Notes: a model not told the origin generated them from the sequence alone. 64,000 nucleotides of DNA from an uncultured Acidobacteriota bacterium (GCA_963796275.1 CAWCKY010000001.1:1248001-1312000), one strand, 5' to 3'; positions 20,721 through 31,339 are shown, numbered from the stretch's first letter. Program-made: numbers and translations.

Positions 20721-21119
20721 ATGAGCAGATCAAATAAGGGTTTTGACCTCGAAAAATTCTTCGTCGCGCTTTCCGATCGCAATCGTCTACGCCTGATTAA
20801 CCTGTTAGGGGACGATGAGGTTTGTGTGTGCTTCTTCACCGAAGTCTTGAAGATGCCACAGCCGAGGGTCTCGCGGCACCTCGCCTACCTGCGCCGCGCG
20901 GGGATAGTGGCGGCGCGTCGAGAAGGGAAATGGATGCACTATCGCCTCCTTCCTCCGGCCGACGAACACGCCTCGCAGATCCTTCAAAACGTGCGTGAAT
21001 ATCTGGCGAGCAATCGGGAGATGCAGCAGGATCGGGCGAGGCTGATCAAGGTTTGCTGCGCGCCTACGCTCCCGGTGCAATTGCAGGGCGCGCCACTACC
21101 CGCGAGTCTACAAGCCTGA
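20721..21119 (+). CDS. ArsR/SmtB family transcriptional regulator
   Basis: ALSDRNRLRLINLL, EVCVC, QPRVSRHLAYLR, RREGKWMHY. Confidence 0.92.
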   Translation: MSRSNKGFDLEKFFVALSDRNRLRLINLLGDDEVCVCFFTEVLKMPQPRVSRHLAYLRRAGIVAARREGKWMHYRLLPPADEHASQILQNVREYLASNREMQQDRARLIKVCCAPTLPVQLQGAPLPASLQA

Positions 21120-21564
21120 GTGAAACTTTATTTCGGTATGAAAACCGGCCGCCGGACAGCTGGAAAGTTCGAGGCGGAAGAATTTGTTGAATCAAATCTG
21201 CCGTGAGTATAACAACTGCAAACTGAGATTATATCCGGCGTCGCACCTATGCCGCCGAACCTGGTCGAGAACATCCTGCAAAACGTTTTCATTGGCCGTT
21301 TTCAGGTTGGAGACGCGACATTGGTCATATGTTGAGTATGATATCGTCGGTAACGCTCGAGCCGATAACCATCAAAATCCACACGCGCGCTTAGGTTGAG
21401 ACCGAGGAAGTATTTTCATGTCCTCGCATCAAAAATTAATTTGAATCGAAACGTATCATAATCGGTTTGAGGATATATAATATTTATGATTTTGTCCCTA
21501 CTCACTTGAATACCAGTACTGTATCTGTATCTACATTAACCCCGTTACATAAAAGGACTTCCTA

Positions 21565-22611
21565 ATGTATTTCAAGAGACATCTTCGAAGAACTACCCTG
21601 CTTTTACTCGCATCGTTAGTGATCAGTTCTACACTCATTCAGATCGCCGCTCAGAATTCACCCCAATCGCCACAACCAATTCCTGCCGTTCAACAGACCG
21701 GCGATCAATCGCAAAAACCGGGCCGCCCGGGGAAAGAGAGTGAGCCGCAGGATCTCAGCAGTGAAACAATCAAGATCGACACTGAATTGGTTCAGCTCGA
21801 TGTCACCGTGATTGACCAGAATAACAATCCTATATTTGGTTTGGGTAAGAATGACTTTACGGTTTATGAAGATAAAGTGAAGCAGCAGATAGAGTCTGTC
21901 AATCGTGAGGAGATTCCCGTCAGCTTTGGTATTGTCATCGATACCTCCGGCAGTATGCGTAATAGGCTTCAGACTATCACGGACGCATCGGTCGCTTTGA
22001 TTAAACAGAAACGAGCTGAGGATGAGGGGTTTGTCGTTCAATTTAAGGCTGAACCCGAAATAGTTCAACCATTCACCCAGGACGAGAGTGATCTGCAGTC
22101 CGCCCTGGAAGAACTTTACACTAGTGGTCCCACCGCCTTACTCGACGCCATCATCCATTCCTCTGATTACGCCAATAAAAATGGGAAACAGCGACGCAAA
22201 GCGATTGTCGTCATCAGCGATGGGCTGGAGAAAAACAGCGCAGTAAAGGAAAAAGAAGTGTTAGCCGCGATCAAAGAGAATGAAGTGCAACTCTATATGA
22301 TCGGCTTCCTCGACAAGGAAGAGGCAACCAATCCCTTCTATAAATCTCCGAGGCAGAAAGCCAAAGACTTGCTGGAAAATCTGGCCAACGATTCAGGCGG
22401 TCGCGCCTTTTTTCCCAAGGACATCAGTGAAATACCAGCGATTGCCGCCCAAATCGCCAAAGGTCTCCGCACCCAATATGTCGTCAGTTATTATCCCGCC
22501 AATACTGCGCGGGACGGGACGTTCCGCATAGTGCAGGTGGAAGTTAACAAAGACAACCAGACAATGATTGCTCGTTCGCGAGTGGGATACTACGCGCAAG
22601 CAGATAAATAA
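21565..22611 (+). CDS. VWA domain protein, acidobacterial type
   Basis: [19 protein letters not shown] motif [24 protein letters not shown]; signal peptide. Confidence 0.9.
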   Translation: MYFKRHLRRTTLLLLASLVISSTLIQIAAQNSPQSPQPIPAVQQTGDQSQKPGRPGKESEPQDLSSETIKIDTELVQLDVTVIDQNNNPIFGLGKNDFTVYEDKVKQQIESVNREEIPVSFGIVIDTSGSMRNRLQTITDASVALIKQKRAEDEGFVVQFKAEPEIVQPFTQDESDLQSALEELYTSGPTALLDAIIHSSDYANKNGKQRRKAIVVISDGLEKNSAVKEKEVLAAIKENEVQLYMIGFLDKEEATNPFYKSPRQKAKDLLENLANDSGGRAFFPKDISEIPAIAAQIAKGLRTQYVVSYYPANTARDGTFRIVQVEVNKDNQTMIARSRVGYYAQADK

Positions 22612-22789
22612 CCTGACTTCATTGCTAACCAAACAGAATCGAAAACGAAGGTCGACTGCGTCGTCGTATATAAAAGAGTGTCCGCATCCTGCGCGAAAAA
22701 CTTATTCCCAGAAAATACTTCAAGATACGAGTGGGCCATCGATTGGACAGGCGTTTTGATGTTAGCGCAGTACGCCGCCAGGCATCAGA

Positions 22790-23911
22790 TCATGGCCTTG
22801 AGCGGCCGAACATACGGCACACTAGCTCGGTACCTATGGCGCTGGTCATGAGGCGTTCTTTGCTGTCACCGAGTAATCGTTGCGTCCAGTTGACGAAACC
22901 GCCGTCAGCGAGCGCAAACTGCTCGCCGCGATCGTTCTTCGCTTTTATGTGAAAACAAGGGCCTTCGTAATATCCGAGTCCGGTCAGACGATATAGATTG
23001 AAACTCAAGCGGACTCCTTCGCGCTCCTCGCGCAATGGAGCGCATACATATTGTTCGAGCAAACCCATCTGTACTAGTAAATGCTTGGGTAAATCGAATT
23101 GCGCCAGATTCTCACTGGGCACAGCGAATGATCTGGGCCATGCGCTCGAGAGCTTCTCGATCAAGCGCTCCGAACTTGTATAGTCGCTCGCGCGCACGAA
23201 TGTTCTTATTTCATCTCTGCTAATCCCGAACACAGAGCAGAGATGCGCGACTACGCGCGTGTCGGAAAGTTCGACCTCAATATCTTCGAACCCGAAGTCC
23301 ATTGCCGACAACTTTTTCAAAAGTGTCAGGTAATATCCGATATGGTCTCCAAGGGCGGCCGTCTCAAATGAAAAAGATCCCGTGTCGCGCGCCGCGCTCA
23401 CCAAGCTGAATAGCTTGAAATGGGCGGTAAAACCCGCCGTCTTTGGCGCCGGAAATCTGACCACTCGCTGGCTGGCGCATAGTCGGGTAGTCTCTTTTCT
23501 GCTCTTGATATCTTTGCGGCGGCGAACGCACTCAAGCGCTAATCCAACGGTCGGATCAGCGGCGCATTCATATGCCCTGATCGAGCTTAAGACATTTCCT
23601 TGATCCAGCCCAGTGAGTGTCGCGATCGCCCCCAGCGGAGTCAGGGGTGACAACTCCATCGCTTCGAATTGCGGCGCAACACTATAACTAACATGTTCCA
23701 CTTCGTTCAGTAGCCGTCCGTCTAATCCACAGGGTTGAGTAACCATGTGGGAACGCGTCAGGTGAGATGATTCGATCTTACCGACTCGCCTCTTTAAAAC
23801 TGTAAGCAGTAAAGAATGAAGCTCCGCCCCCGAGAGTTTTTCTGAAAGAAGGTCGACCAGATCGTCTACTCCCAAGTCTCTGATAATTCGCTGCGCTATC
23901 TGTTCGCTCAT
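22790..23911 (-). CDS. Hypothetical protein; C-terminus resembles the class II aaRS (HisRS/HisZ) catalytic region
   Basis: GLGYYEGPCF...LADGGFVNW...SAIGTE parallels HisRS GLDYY..GGRYD..GFAIGLER. Confidence 0.65.
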   Translation of the reverse strand: MSEQIAQRIIRDLGVDDLVDLLSEKLSGAELHSLLLTVLKRRVGKIESSHLTRSHMVTQPCGLDGRLLNEVEHVSYSVAPQFEAMELSPLTPLGAIATLTGLDQGNVLSSIRAYECAADPTVGLALECVRRRKDIKSRKETTRLCASQRVVRFPAPKTAGFTAHFKLFSLVSAARDTGSFSFETAALGDHIGYYLTLLKKLSAMDFGFEDIEVELSDTRVVAHLCSVFGISRDEIRTFVRASDYTSSERLIEKLSSAWPRSFAVPSENLAQFDLPKHLLVQMGLLEQYVCAPLREEREGVRLSFNLYRLTGLGYYEGPCFHIKAKNDRGEQFALADGGFVNWTQRLLGDSKERLMTSAIGTELVCRMFGRSRP

Positions 23912-24090
23912 GATTTCAAGTCTATCTCTGTTAAAAAAATGATGTAAGCGGTATGGATTGAATGTTGGCCTTCAACGGATTTGTTTGACAAATTGGTCAC
24001 GTCTGCTCTGCTCAAAAGTTTCACGATTCACTCCTGAGAAAGGTGCGCAAAAATCGATTCGCAATTGAACGCGTGAGTGAATCGTGTGTA

Positions 24091-24207
24091 AATGAAAATA
24101 GCCACCGATGAGGTGGCTGTAACACTTTGTGTTTTTTAGGTGGGCCAGGACGGAATCGAACCGCCGGCGCACGGATTTTCAGTCGTGTGGTCAATCAGCG
24201 AACTGAA
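24091..24207 (-). repeat. att-like site 1: tRNA-Phe(GAA) 3' fragment plus flanking hairpin
   Basis: Minus strand 24139-24185 reads GACTGAAAATCCGTGCGCCGGCGGTTCGATTCCGTCCTGGCCCACC (anticodon loop, T arm, acceptor 3' strand). No 5' half/D arm is present. It is followed by the hairpin AGCCACC-TCATC-GGTGGCT. Confidence 0.8.
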
Positions 24208-24343
24208 TTGAAAATAAAAGAGAGCCCTGGGTACACAGCAAAGTAGACGAATGTCTGAAAAGCCCCTACCTGTCTGATCCGTTTAGAACCCCACTATAAC
24301 GCGTTAGCGTCATAGTGGGGAGGAGTAACTTCCTGCGCTACCT

Positions 24344-24371
24344 TCCTTCAACTGGATAACCAGTTGAAGGA
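24344..24371 (-). terminator. Stem-loop immediately after the lasso precursor stop
   Basis: TCCTTCAACTGG-ATAA-CCAGTTGAAGGA is a perfect 12-bp stem. A second hairpin lies at ~24288-24320. No clear U-tract. Confidence 0.55.
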
Positions 24372-24373
24372 TG

Positions 24374-24544
24374 TTAAGCTTCCTCGTCTTCGTAGATTGC
24401 GAACGGCTGCCAATAGTATCCGGGAGAGGCGGCAAATTCTCGCGGGCCTCGCGGCGCGTTTTCTTGAATCAATTCGCTGGCAGAACCAAGTTCGACGATA
24501 TCTATTTCCAGAGGTTCTGTACTATTTTGTTCTTGAGGTTCCAT
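24374..24544 (-). CDS. Lasso peptide precursor (A), 56 aa: MEPQEQNSTEPLEIDIVELGSASELIQ-ENAPRGPREFAASPGYYWQPFAIYEDEEA
   Basis: Hand-translated; below the ORF-track cutoff. AGAAAGGAG RBS. Leader pattern IVELGSASELIQ. Acidic residue at core position 9. Directly downstream of the cyclase on the same strand. Confidence 0.85.
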   Translation of the reverse strand: MEPQEQNSTEPLEIDIVELGSASELIQENAPRGPREFAASPGYYWQPFAIYEDEEA

Positions 24545-24681
24545 ACTATTCTCCTTTCTGTTATTTGTAGCATCACCTGAGTGGCGCGATGCGTGATTTA
24601 AACTCCGAGGGGGTAATTCGTCAACCTCCGTAGAAGTTTGTTAGTGAAACAATGGCGAAATCTAGTCGGGATCGGAACATC

Positions 24682-26637
24682 TCATGCTCCCTCAAATTGA
24701 GTCGAAGGCGCGTTGCTTCTTCCGGCGTAGTGATGTTCTATTGAGCGCAACCAAATCTCCAAAGATACAACATTGGAAAAAGCATCCAGCTCGAGCTCTA
24801 TGCCATGCCGAGCCTTATCAAGCGCCGACATCATCTCTTTATAATCAACATACCCGCGTCTGACTACGCGCGCATCATCGAGCATCGATTTAATTGCGAC
24901 CCATTCCTGCGCCAGACCGCGACAGAGTGTTTCGCTGACCGATCCTTTGCCTTTTCGCCGGAGGATTGTATCGGGCAGGATATCTTTTAGGGCTCTGCGC
25001 ATTAAAGGTCTAGTCTCGATCGGTTGGAGTTTCTGCTCGAGGGGAATGGCCATCACGAATTCCACCAGCGGGCGATGCAGAAATGGAAAAGTCTTGACGT
25101 AGCTGTGCGGATCACGATGCCCCCACGTGAGAGCAGAAATCGCATACATTAGTGATGAAGCTTGTGCCTGCTGGCTCGGCAAGCGATAACCGAACGGATC
25201 AGCGGGCAGGAGTAAGCGCGCAATAAAATCGGTCCTTTTGGCGAAATCTCGATTTACCCAGGCGGGAATCCGAAATTGATTCTGCAATCTTGCCTTGATC
25301 GAGGTGGACAGAAATGGGACCACGCCTTCCTGCCATAAGAGATCCCAATAAGTTTTGCGCAAAATTTGACTCCACTCCTGTAGTCGTCTATGCAGTCTAA
25401 GGGGTTTTATTCGATATATTAGTATCCCTATCTGTGCTGCGGGCGCGGGCGCGCTCCATAACAACTGGTCCCCGCCGAGCCCGCTCAAAAGGATGCGCGC
25501 CCCTTCCGCATTCATCGCACGCCCCACATGCGCCTGCGCTCCGTAAGTGCACAAACTTGCGCTCGGCCTCTCTATGAATTCGTCTTTCGGAGACGCTAAA
25601 TGAATCCAATGTCCCCGTCGCAAGAAGTGATACCCGGTTTCGCCACGCTTCTTCTCAACCGCCTCAATAAAACGGCGATCATAAGAGGTCTCTCCGTCAT
25701 CCAGATAAGAGATCGTTTTTAAATGCATTGCCTGACGGCTTTCTTCCGCCAGGATCCTGTCTGCCATGCAAACTATGGACGACGAATCCAATCCACCGCT
25801 TAATTCCGCCCATACGGGCCCATCCGCTCGCAAGCGACATCGCACTGCCTCCCGAAACAATTGGCGGAAGTGGTCCGCATATTCCTCATCTCGTTGATAA
25901 CGTATCTCTTTTTCCGTATCAGGCCGCCAGAATCTATGAGTTCGCACCTGGCCCTTATGAACAGACACGACAAAACCCGGTTCCACCGAAAAAACCTTGC
26001 GATATGGCGTGCGATATAATTCTGGAAATATTGCCAAATAGCCTGCGACAAACTCATCGTCAACCTCCAACTCGATGCCGGATGACTTGATCAATGCCTC
26101 AAGCGTCGACGACCAAATAAGCCCGCTATTGTCGGCGTGATAGTAGAGCGGACGGACGCCGAATGGGTCGCGTGCTAATAGCAGCGTTTTCGTTGCGTTC
26201 GTCCATAAAGCTAGCGCGAAATCGCCGATTATCTGCTGCAAGAAAGTTTTATCCCATTTGAGATAAGAGGACATCACCAGCGCAACATCAGTGGTGTCTC
26301 CGTTCAAGCCGTGGGGGAAATATCTTAGCAGGTCGTCACGATTGTCCAGACGACCATCCCATACGAGGATATCCCCCTGCGGTGAAACTAACGGCTGAAT
26401 TTCGAGTCGCGATTCTAGATCGGTAGGAAAAGCGCGAAAACAAAGACCGACGGAATCCTGTATCACTTGGCGCCCACCATCCGGCCCTCGTGGAATCAAG
26501 TCGCCGCTTAATCTAACCAGGGTACTTGTATTAATTGGCCCGTCGTTGAAGTTGATCAGCCCGCCGATTCCGCTCATAAAGTACCTTAGCAGTGGAGAAA
26601 AAATCTGTCTTGATATCAGCCGATAAACCGGACTCAT
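24682..26637 (-). CDS. Lasso peptide cyclase (C; asparagine synthetase-like)
   Basis: MSGIGG (lacks the AsnB catalytic Cys; alternative start 26577), GRLDNR, GDFA, ARDPFG, ELSGGLDSS, SGLGGDQ. Coupled to the B gene. Confidence 0.9.
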   Translation of the reverse strand: MSPVYRLISRQIFSPLLRYFMSGIGGLINFNDGPINTSTLVRLSGDLIPRGPDGGRQVIQDSVGLCFRAFPTDLESRLEIQPLVSPQGDILVWDGRLDNRDDLLRYFPHGLNGDTTDVALVMSSYLKWDKTFLQQIIGDFALALWTNATKTLLLARDPFGVRPLYYHADNSGLIWSSTLEALIKSSGIELEVDDEFVAGYLAIFPELYRTPYRKVFSVEPGFVVSVHKGQVRTHRFWRPDTEKEIRYQRDEEYADHFRQLFREAVRCRLRADGPVWAELSGGLDSSSIVCMADRILAEESRQAMHLKTISYLDDGETSYDRRFIEAVEKKRGETGYHFLRRGHWIHLASPKDEFIERPSASLCTYGAQAHVGRAMNAEGARILLSGLGGDQLLWSAPAPAAQIGILIYRIKPLRLHRRLQEWSQILRKTYWDLLWQEGVVPFLSTSIKARLQNQFRIPAWVNRDFAKRTDFIARLLLPADPFGYRLPSQQAQASSLMYAISALTWGHRDPHSYVKTFPFLHRPLVEFVMAIPLEQKLQPIETRPLMRRALKDILPDTILRRKGKGSVSETLCRGLAQEWVAIKSMLDDARVVRRGYVDYKEMMSALDKARHGIELELDAFSNVVSLEIWLRSIEHHYAGRSNAPSTQFEGA

Positions 26638-27398
26638 CAGGAACGGCTTAGGGCGTGAAAGAACGTCTGTACTTTCGGGTGATCGTTGACCACCTCTCCT
26701 TGAACTTCGACCCAGGCATGTCCATAAAAGGGCATTTTATGAATGCCAATGACCATTTCAGCAGGCGCGCCAATGCTTCGCAGCAGACAAGTGGTCGCCG
26801 CTGAACGTTGCAGACAGAGAGATTTTTTAGAGTACCAGGTGCAGGCGCGGACCAGTCTCGAGCAGATATATGCAATCATCTCAGAATCTGGAGCCCCGCC
26901 GTTAATCGGCCAACCGGACACGATGCGCCGAAGTGCGTTAATGCCGATCAGTTTGAGCACCGCATCCACTATCAAGAGTGCGACCAGAGCAGCAGGAATG
27001 TGAAGTTTCAGCTTTAAAAGTATCTCAATCAGGAAGCGCAATCCGTTCACTACACGTTGAGTCACTATCCCGCCGAGCCATTGGACGTCGACACTCGCTG
27101 ATATCGCAGAAGATTGCAGGAGCCCTTTCTCAGTCAACTTATTGATAAGTTCGTCAACGATCGACCCAATACGTGACGGCACAGAGGCATTGATCTCCGT
27201 ACTTGCAGCGCTAACGAGCTCTGCACGCGACAGACCGGAGTCGCTTGTTGCGATCTTGTGCAGAATTAACGCACCCGTTTTGTTGATGCTCAGGACCTTA
27301 TCTTGTCCGAAGTCGAGTAGTATGCACCCGTCCTCAGTGACTGGTGAGACATAGACATTCGGAGCTAACCGAATCTTCGTGAGGGGTGAAGGTGTCAT
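26637..27398 (-). CDS. Lasso peptide B protein: fused RRE (PqqD-like) + transglutaminase-like leader peptidase
   Basis: N-terminal DGCILLD..SINKTG..LTEKGLL is RRE-like. C-terminal CLQRS...GHAWVE..VVND carries the Cys-His-Asp triad. Confidence 0.9.
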   Translation of the reverse strand: MTPSPLTKIRLAPNVYVSPVTEDGCILLDFGQDKVLSINKTGALILHKIATSDSGLSRAELVSAASTEINASVPSRIGSIVDELINKLTEKGLLQSSAISASVDVQWLGGIVTQRVVNGLRFLIEILLKLKLHIPAALVALLIVDAVLKLIGINALRRIVSGWPINGGAPDSEMIAYICSRLVRACTWYSKKSLCLQRSAATTCLLRSIGAPAEMVIGIHKMPFYGHAWVEVQGEVVNDHPKVQTFFHALSRS

Positions 27399-27523
27399 AC
27401 GTACAAGGTAATTCGGATAGATTTCGCTCGATCAATAGAATTAACCATCAGGCTACACATTAAAGAAGATATATAGCTGTAATGCAACAGAGCCGGAGGT
27501 GAATGTATAGGTATGTAAAGTTG

Positions 27524-27639
27524 AATGAAAACGGCCACCCTTTGGCGGCCGTAAACTGTTTATTCTATTGATGGCCAGGGGACGGTATCGAACCGTCGAC
27601 ATACGGAGTTTAAGCCGGGTGGCCAAACAGTGAACAGAA
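27524..27639 (-). repeat. att-like site 2: degenerate tRNA-Phe 3' fragment plus hairpin; direct repeat of site 1
   Basis: Minus strand reads GGCTTAAACTCCGTATGTCGACGGTTCGATACCGTCCCCTGGCCA followed by CGGCCGCCAAAGGGTGGCCGTTTTCATT. Aligns by eye with 24091-24207 on both flanks. Confidence 0.75.
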
Positions 27640-27670
27640 AGTGGGATACCACAAACTATCACCAATGCCA

Positions 27671-28982
27671 TCATTTATCGTGGTCATCTTTCCCGTTATA
27701 GCCGTCATTGTCGAGAGGCCGCAGGAAGTTCTTGAAGGCCCAGCTGGCCACCTGTCTTCCCTGCTTTCGCGCCGCTTCGTCCGCGAAGCGGAAGTGGATG
27801 CCCTCGTAGATACGGGCGTCGACCACTTCCTCCGCTGCATCGGAGAAGCGTCTATAAGTGCGCGTGTCCTGAATGGTCGGCCCCAGGTTGGTGGTCGTCA
27901 CTGAGAAGGTCATGTCGGTCCGTCCCGAAGAAGAGCGTGAGGTGAATTGACCAGCGGCGCTGGTAACGTTGTTTGCGCCCGAGGTGTAGTCAGGATAGGG
28001 CGGGGTGGCGATGAGCGGCAGCCAGGTTGAGTCGCCGGCCGTCCGCGAGTTGCCGTCGTTGTTACCCTCTTGAATGGCGGTGACTGGCCGCCAGAAAACA
28101 TAGTAGTTCTTACTGTTCCAGGAAGTGATTTGTGCATCGGCCATCGCCATGTCAGCCAGGGCAAAGAGCCGGGCACTTCTGGCAATGTCGTCGACTTGCG
28201 TGCCGGCGATGTCCCTGAGCACCTGGTTCCAGACCACAACGTAGTTACCGGCCCAGAAATGGGCCAGGTCGGTCTGCTCGGGGGTGCGTGAGCTGTTGTT
28301 AAGGGCCCCCAGCGCTTTAACCTCGTTATAGTCCCTGGCGTACTCGCGGCTCGTCAAAGCGGGCGGCGGCGCGGCGCGGAATTGTGAAGGTCTGGTTAAG
28401 TGTGAAGGGGGTGACGTTGCCCAGCCACGGCGCGAGCATCGGCAACAAGGCCGGTGGCGTCGGGCGCCAGACGCCGGGATCGGTGCCGCCGATGAAGGGC
28501 GGCGGCGGCGGAACAGGGAAACTCCCGTCACATGCCCGCAGGGCGATGATCCCGGCGGCGGCTATTGCTCCCACCTCTACCCCGGGATCGTTCGCGGCAA
28601 GACCATGGTCGGACAGATATTGTTGGTAGGTCGTGTCGAGGGACTCGGCCTGAGCTGGAAAGCGGTTGACGAGCACATCGTGCGCGGCTTTGGCGGCAGC
28701 CGCCACCGGGGAGCCGGAGGCTCCCTTGATCTCCACGTAATATGGTTCGTACCGCTTCTCGATGGCCTGGACGGCGTCGTAAACGGCGGCCTGGACCATC
28801 GCAATGTCGAGGACGCCGGTCGGGCCTGGACGTGCGGCTGTCACGGTCGCTTGCACGGCGATCGCATTCCAATCGGCTACAGCATCGGCGCTGACGCTGG
28901 CGGGAGTTGCAAGCAAGATGACGAAGATGGCGATCCTCCGCCAGGTCTGAAGTTTCAGTATATTTGTAGTTGTGTATTTCAT
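27671..28982 (-). CDS. Vanadium haloperoxidase/PAP2-like protein, frameshifted near 28395
   Basis: DAVADWN, YDAVQAI, GVWRPTPP, KNYYVFWRP, YPDYTSG, ARIYEGIHF are split across two ORFs. AGGAGG RBS. Confidence 0.8.
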
Positions 28983-29287
28983 TGGAAGCCTCCTTTTAAC
29001 AACATTTTTAAAACATTTAACAGATTGAGCGGACAGAACATGCAGTATGGTCAATCGTTTTGTACCAAACCCACCAGGCCAACGAGACTATCCAACCTCT
29101 TGGACAGTAAGAGGCGAGGCATGGGCCAAATTGCTCTGGCCACCGACTTACACTAAAATGATCTGTTCATGTCGCCATTGCTCATCGGCCTATTTCACTG
29201 TGTACACTAATCTCAAGGCGGCGAGGAAATCCTTCCAGAGTGGCGAAAAATTTCGGAAAAAGATGAGAAAAAGTTCGGTAAGCCATT

Positions 29288-31232
29288 ATGAATCACTCGG
29301 CCAAGCACTTTTACGAATTCGGCCCGTTCCGGCTGGATATCGGCGAGCGCCTCTTGCTCCGCGATGGAGAAGAAGTCTCGCTCACACCCAAAATTTTTGA
29401 CCTCCTCCTAGTACTGGTCGAAAACAGCGGACACATTCTTGAGAAAGACGCGTTAATGAAAGCTATCTGGCCTGATGTCGTAGTAGAGGAGACGAACCTG
29501 ACGCGCAACGTCTCCACGCTAAGGAAAGCCCTGAGCGAAAGCTCGGACGCGCGTCCATACATCGAGACAATTCCCTGGCGCGGGTACCGCTTTGTCGCAA
29601 GCGTAAAGGACGTAACTAATTACAACACAGAGATGGCAATTGCAACGCCGTCCTCGCCGCCGATTCTGAGCGAAACGGAGGAGCGAGGCTCGCGAGGTGG
29701 AGAAATCTCTCCCGCAGGCCCCGCGTCAAGTACCGGGACTCTAGTTACCTTGATCAGGCGGCGTAAGGTCGCTGCCGGCGCCATCGCCCTGGCGCTCCTG
29801 GGTGTCGGCAGCTGGGCGCTCTCTCTGAGCATCGAGACCCACACGCCGATTGAATCGCTGGCTGTCTTGCCATTCAGCAGTGGTAGCGCTGATCCGCAGG
29901 CGGTATACCTGAGCGATGGAATCACTGAGAGCCTCATCAATAATCTGTCGCAGCTGCCAAATCTGCGTGTGATCGCGCGAACCACCGCTTTCCGCTACAA
30001 GGGCCAAACGTCGGACCCCTCCAAAATAGGACGCGAACTTAATGTCAAAGCAGCGCTCACTGGGAAAGTTCTCCTGCATGGCGACACTCTGATCGTCCAG
30101 GTAGACCTGGTGAACGTGGCGGATGGCGCGCAACTCTGGGGTCAACAGTACTCACGGAAACTTTCGGATATTTTCGCGCTTCAGGGAGAGATCGCGACGG
30201 ATATCGCCGAGGAGTTGCAAGCGAAACTGACGGGCGAAGAGAAGAAGCTATTGGCTAAACGTTATACCAATAATACCGACGCATATCAGCTCTATTTGAA
30301 GGGCCGCTATTTCTGGGATAAGAGGACGGAGGATGGGTTCAAGAGAGCCATTGATTATTTCCGACAGGCGACTCAGAAAGATCCACAATATGCACTGGCA
30401 CACACAGGTTTGGCAGACTCTTACATAGGGCTGACATTCTATAACTATCTTCCTCCCAAAGAGGCGATGCCGCAGGCGAAGGCATCAGCGCTGGAGGCGC
30501 AGAAGTACGATGACATGCTTGCTGAAGCGCACGTATCGCTGGCGCATGTCAAAGTGAATTATGAGTGGGACTGGGCGGGTGCTGAGAGCGAATTCAAGCG
30601 CGCCATCGTGCTCAACCCGCGATACCCAACAGCGCACCAGTGGTATGCTATTCATTATTTAACTCCGCAGGGGCAGCTGGAAGAGGCTCTTGCCGAAATG
30701 AGCCACGCCAGGGATACTCGATCCGCTCTCGCTCGTCATGAACACCTTTCTGGGTGCAACCCTTTATTACGCTGGTAAGTACGATCAGGCGATCGGGCAA
30801 TTTGTTAAAACGCTTGAACTGAATCCCGACTTCGGTGTAGCGCACTGGCACCTGGGGCTTGCTCTTGTGCAGGAGGCGCGATTCGAGGAAGCAATCGCCG
30901 AGCTAAACAAGGCCGTCACTCTTTCGGGGGGCAGCCCGCTCATGAAGGCGGCGCTCGGGCATGCCTATGCGGCTTCGGGTAGAAGAAGCGAGGCAATGAA
31001 TATCCTCACTGAATTACAGAAGTCGGCGGAACGAAGCTACATCTCAGCGAGCGAAATCGCGGCGATTTATGCGGGCCTGGGCGAGCGGGATCGCGCGCTG
31101 GACTGGCTTGAGAAAGCTGCGGAAGAGCGCGCATTCCACCTGGTCTACCTCAAAGTGAGGCCGGAGTTCGCCCCACTGCGCTCCACCCCTCGGTTTGAAG
31201 AATTGTTTAGGCGCATCGGTCTCGCACCATGA
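29288..31232 (+). CDS. OmpR/CadC-type winged-helix + TM + TolB-like + TPR regulator, frameshift near 30715
   Basis: YEFGPFRLD, LTPKIFDLL, IETIPWRGYRF, SLAVLPF, AYQLYLKGRYFW. TPRs continue in 30738-31232. Confidence 0.85.
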
Positions 31233-31339
31233 GTTGCTTGAAGCTGGAGGTGATCGGAGCCCAAGAGACTCCCGATCAAGCACCTGTTTACGGAGGGACG
31301 AGCCACCGGCACAGTGCTGCTCTGGATTTCGTGCTTCAT

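Noticed and set aside
22640-22680. KVDCVVVYK, resembling a serine recombinase segment
   Set aside because: Too short (~9 codons) to support, with no remainder of the gene.
24139-24190. Functional tRNA-Phe gene (also 27570-27620)
   Set aside because: Only the 3' half is present, with no D arm or acceptor 5' strand, and the second copy has a mutated anticodon loop.
24682-26637. Housekeeping asparagine synthetase AsnB
   Set aside because: It lacks the N-terminal catalytic Cys (MSGI) and is flanked by a lasso B gene and a precursor.
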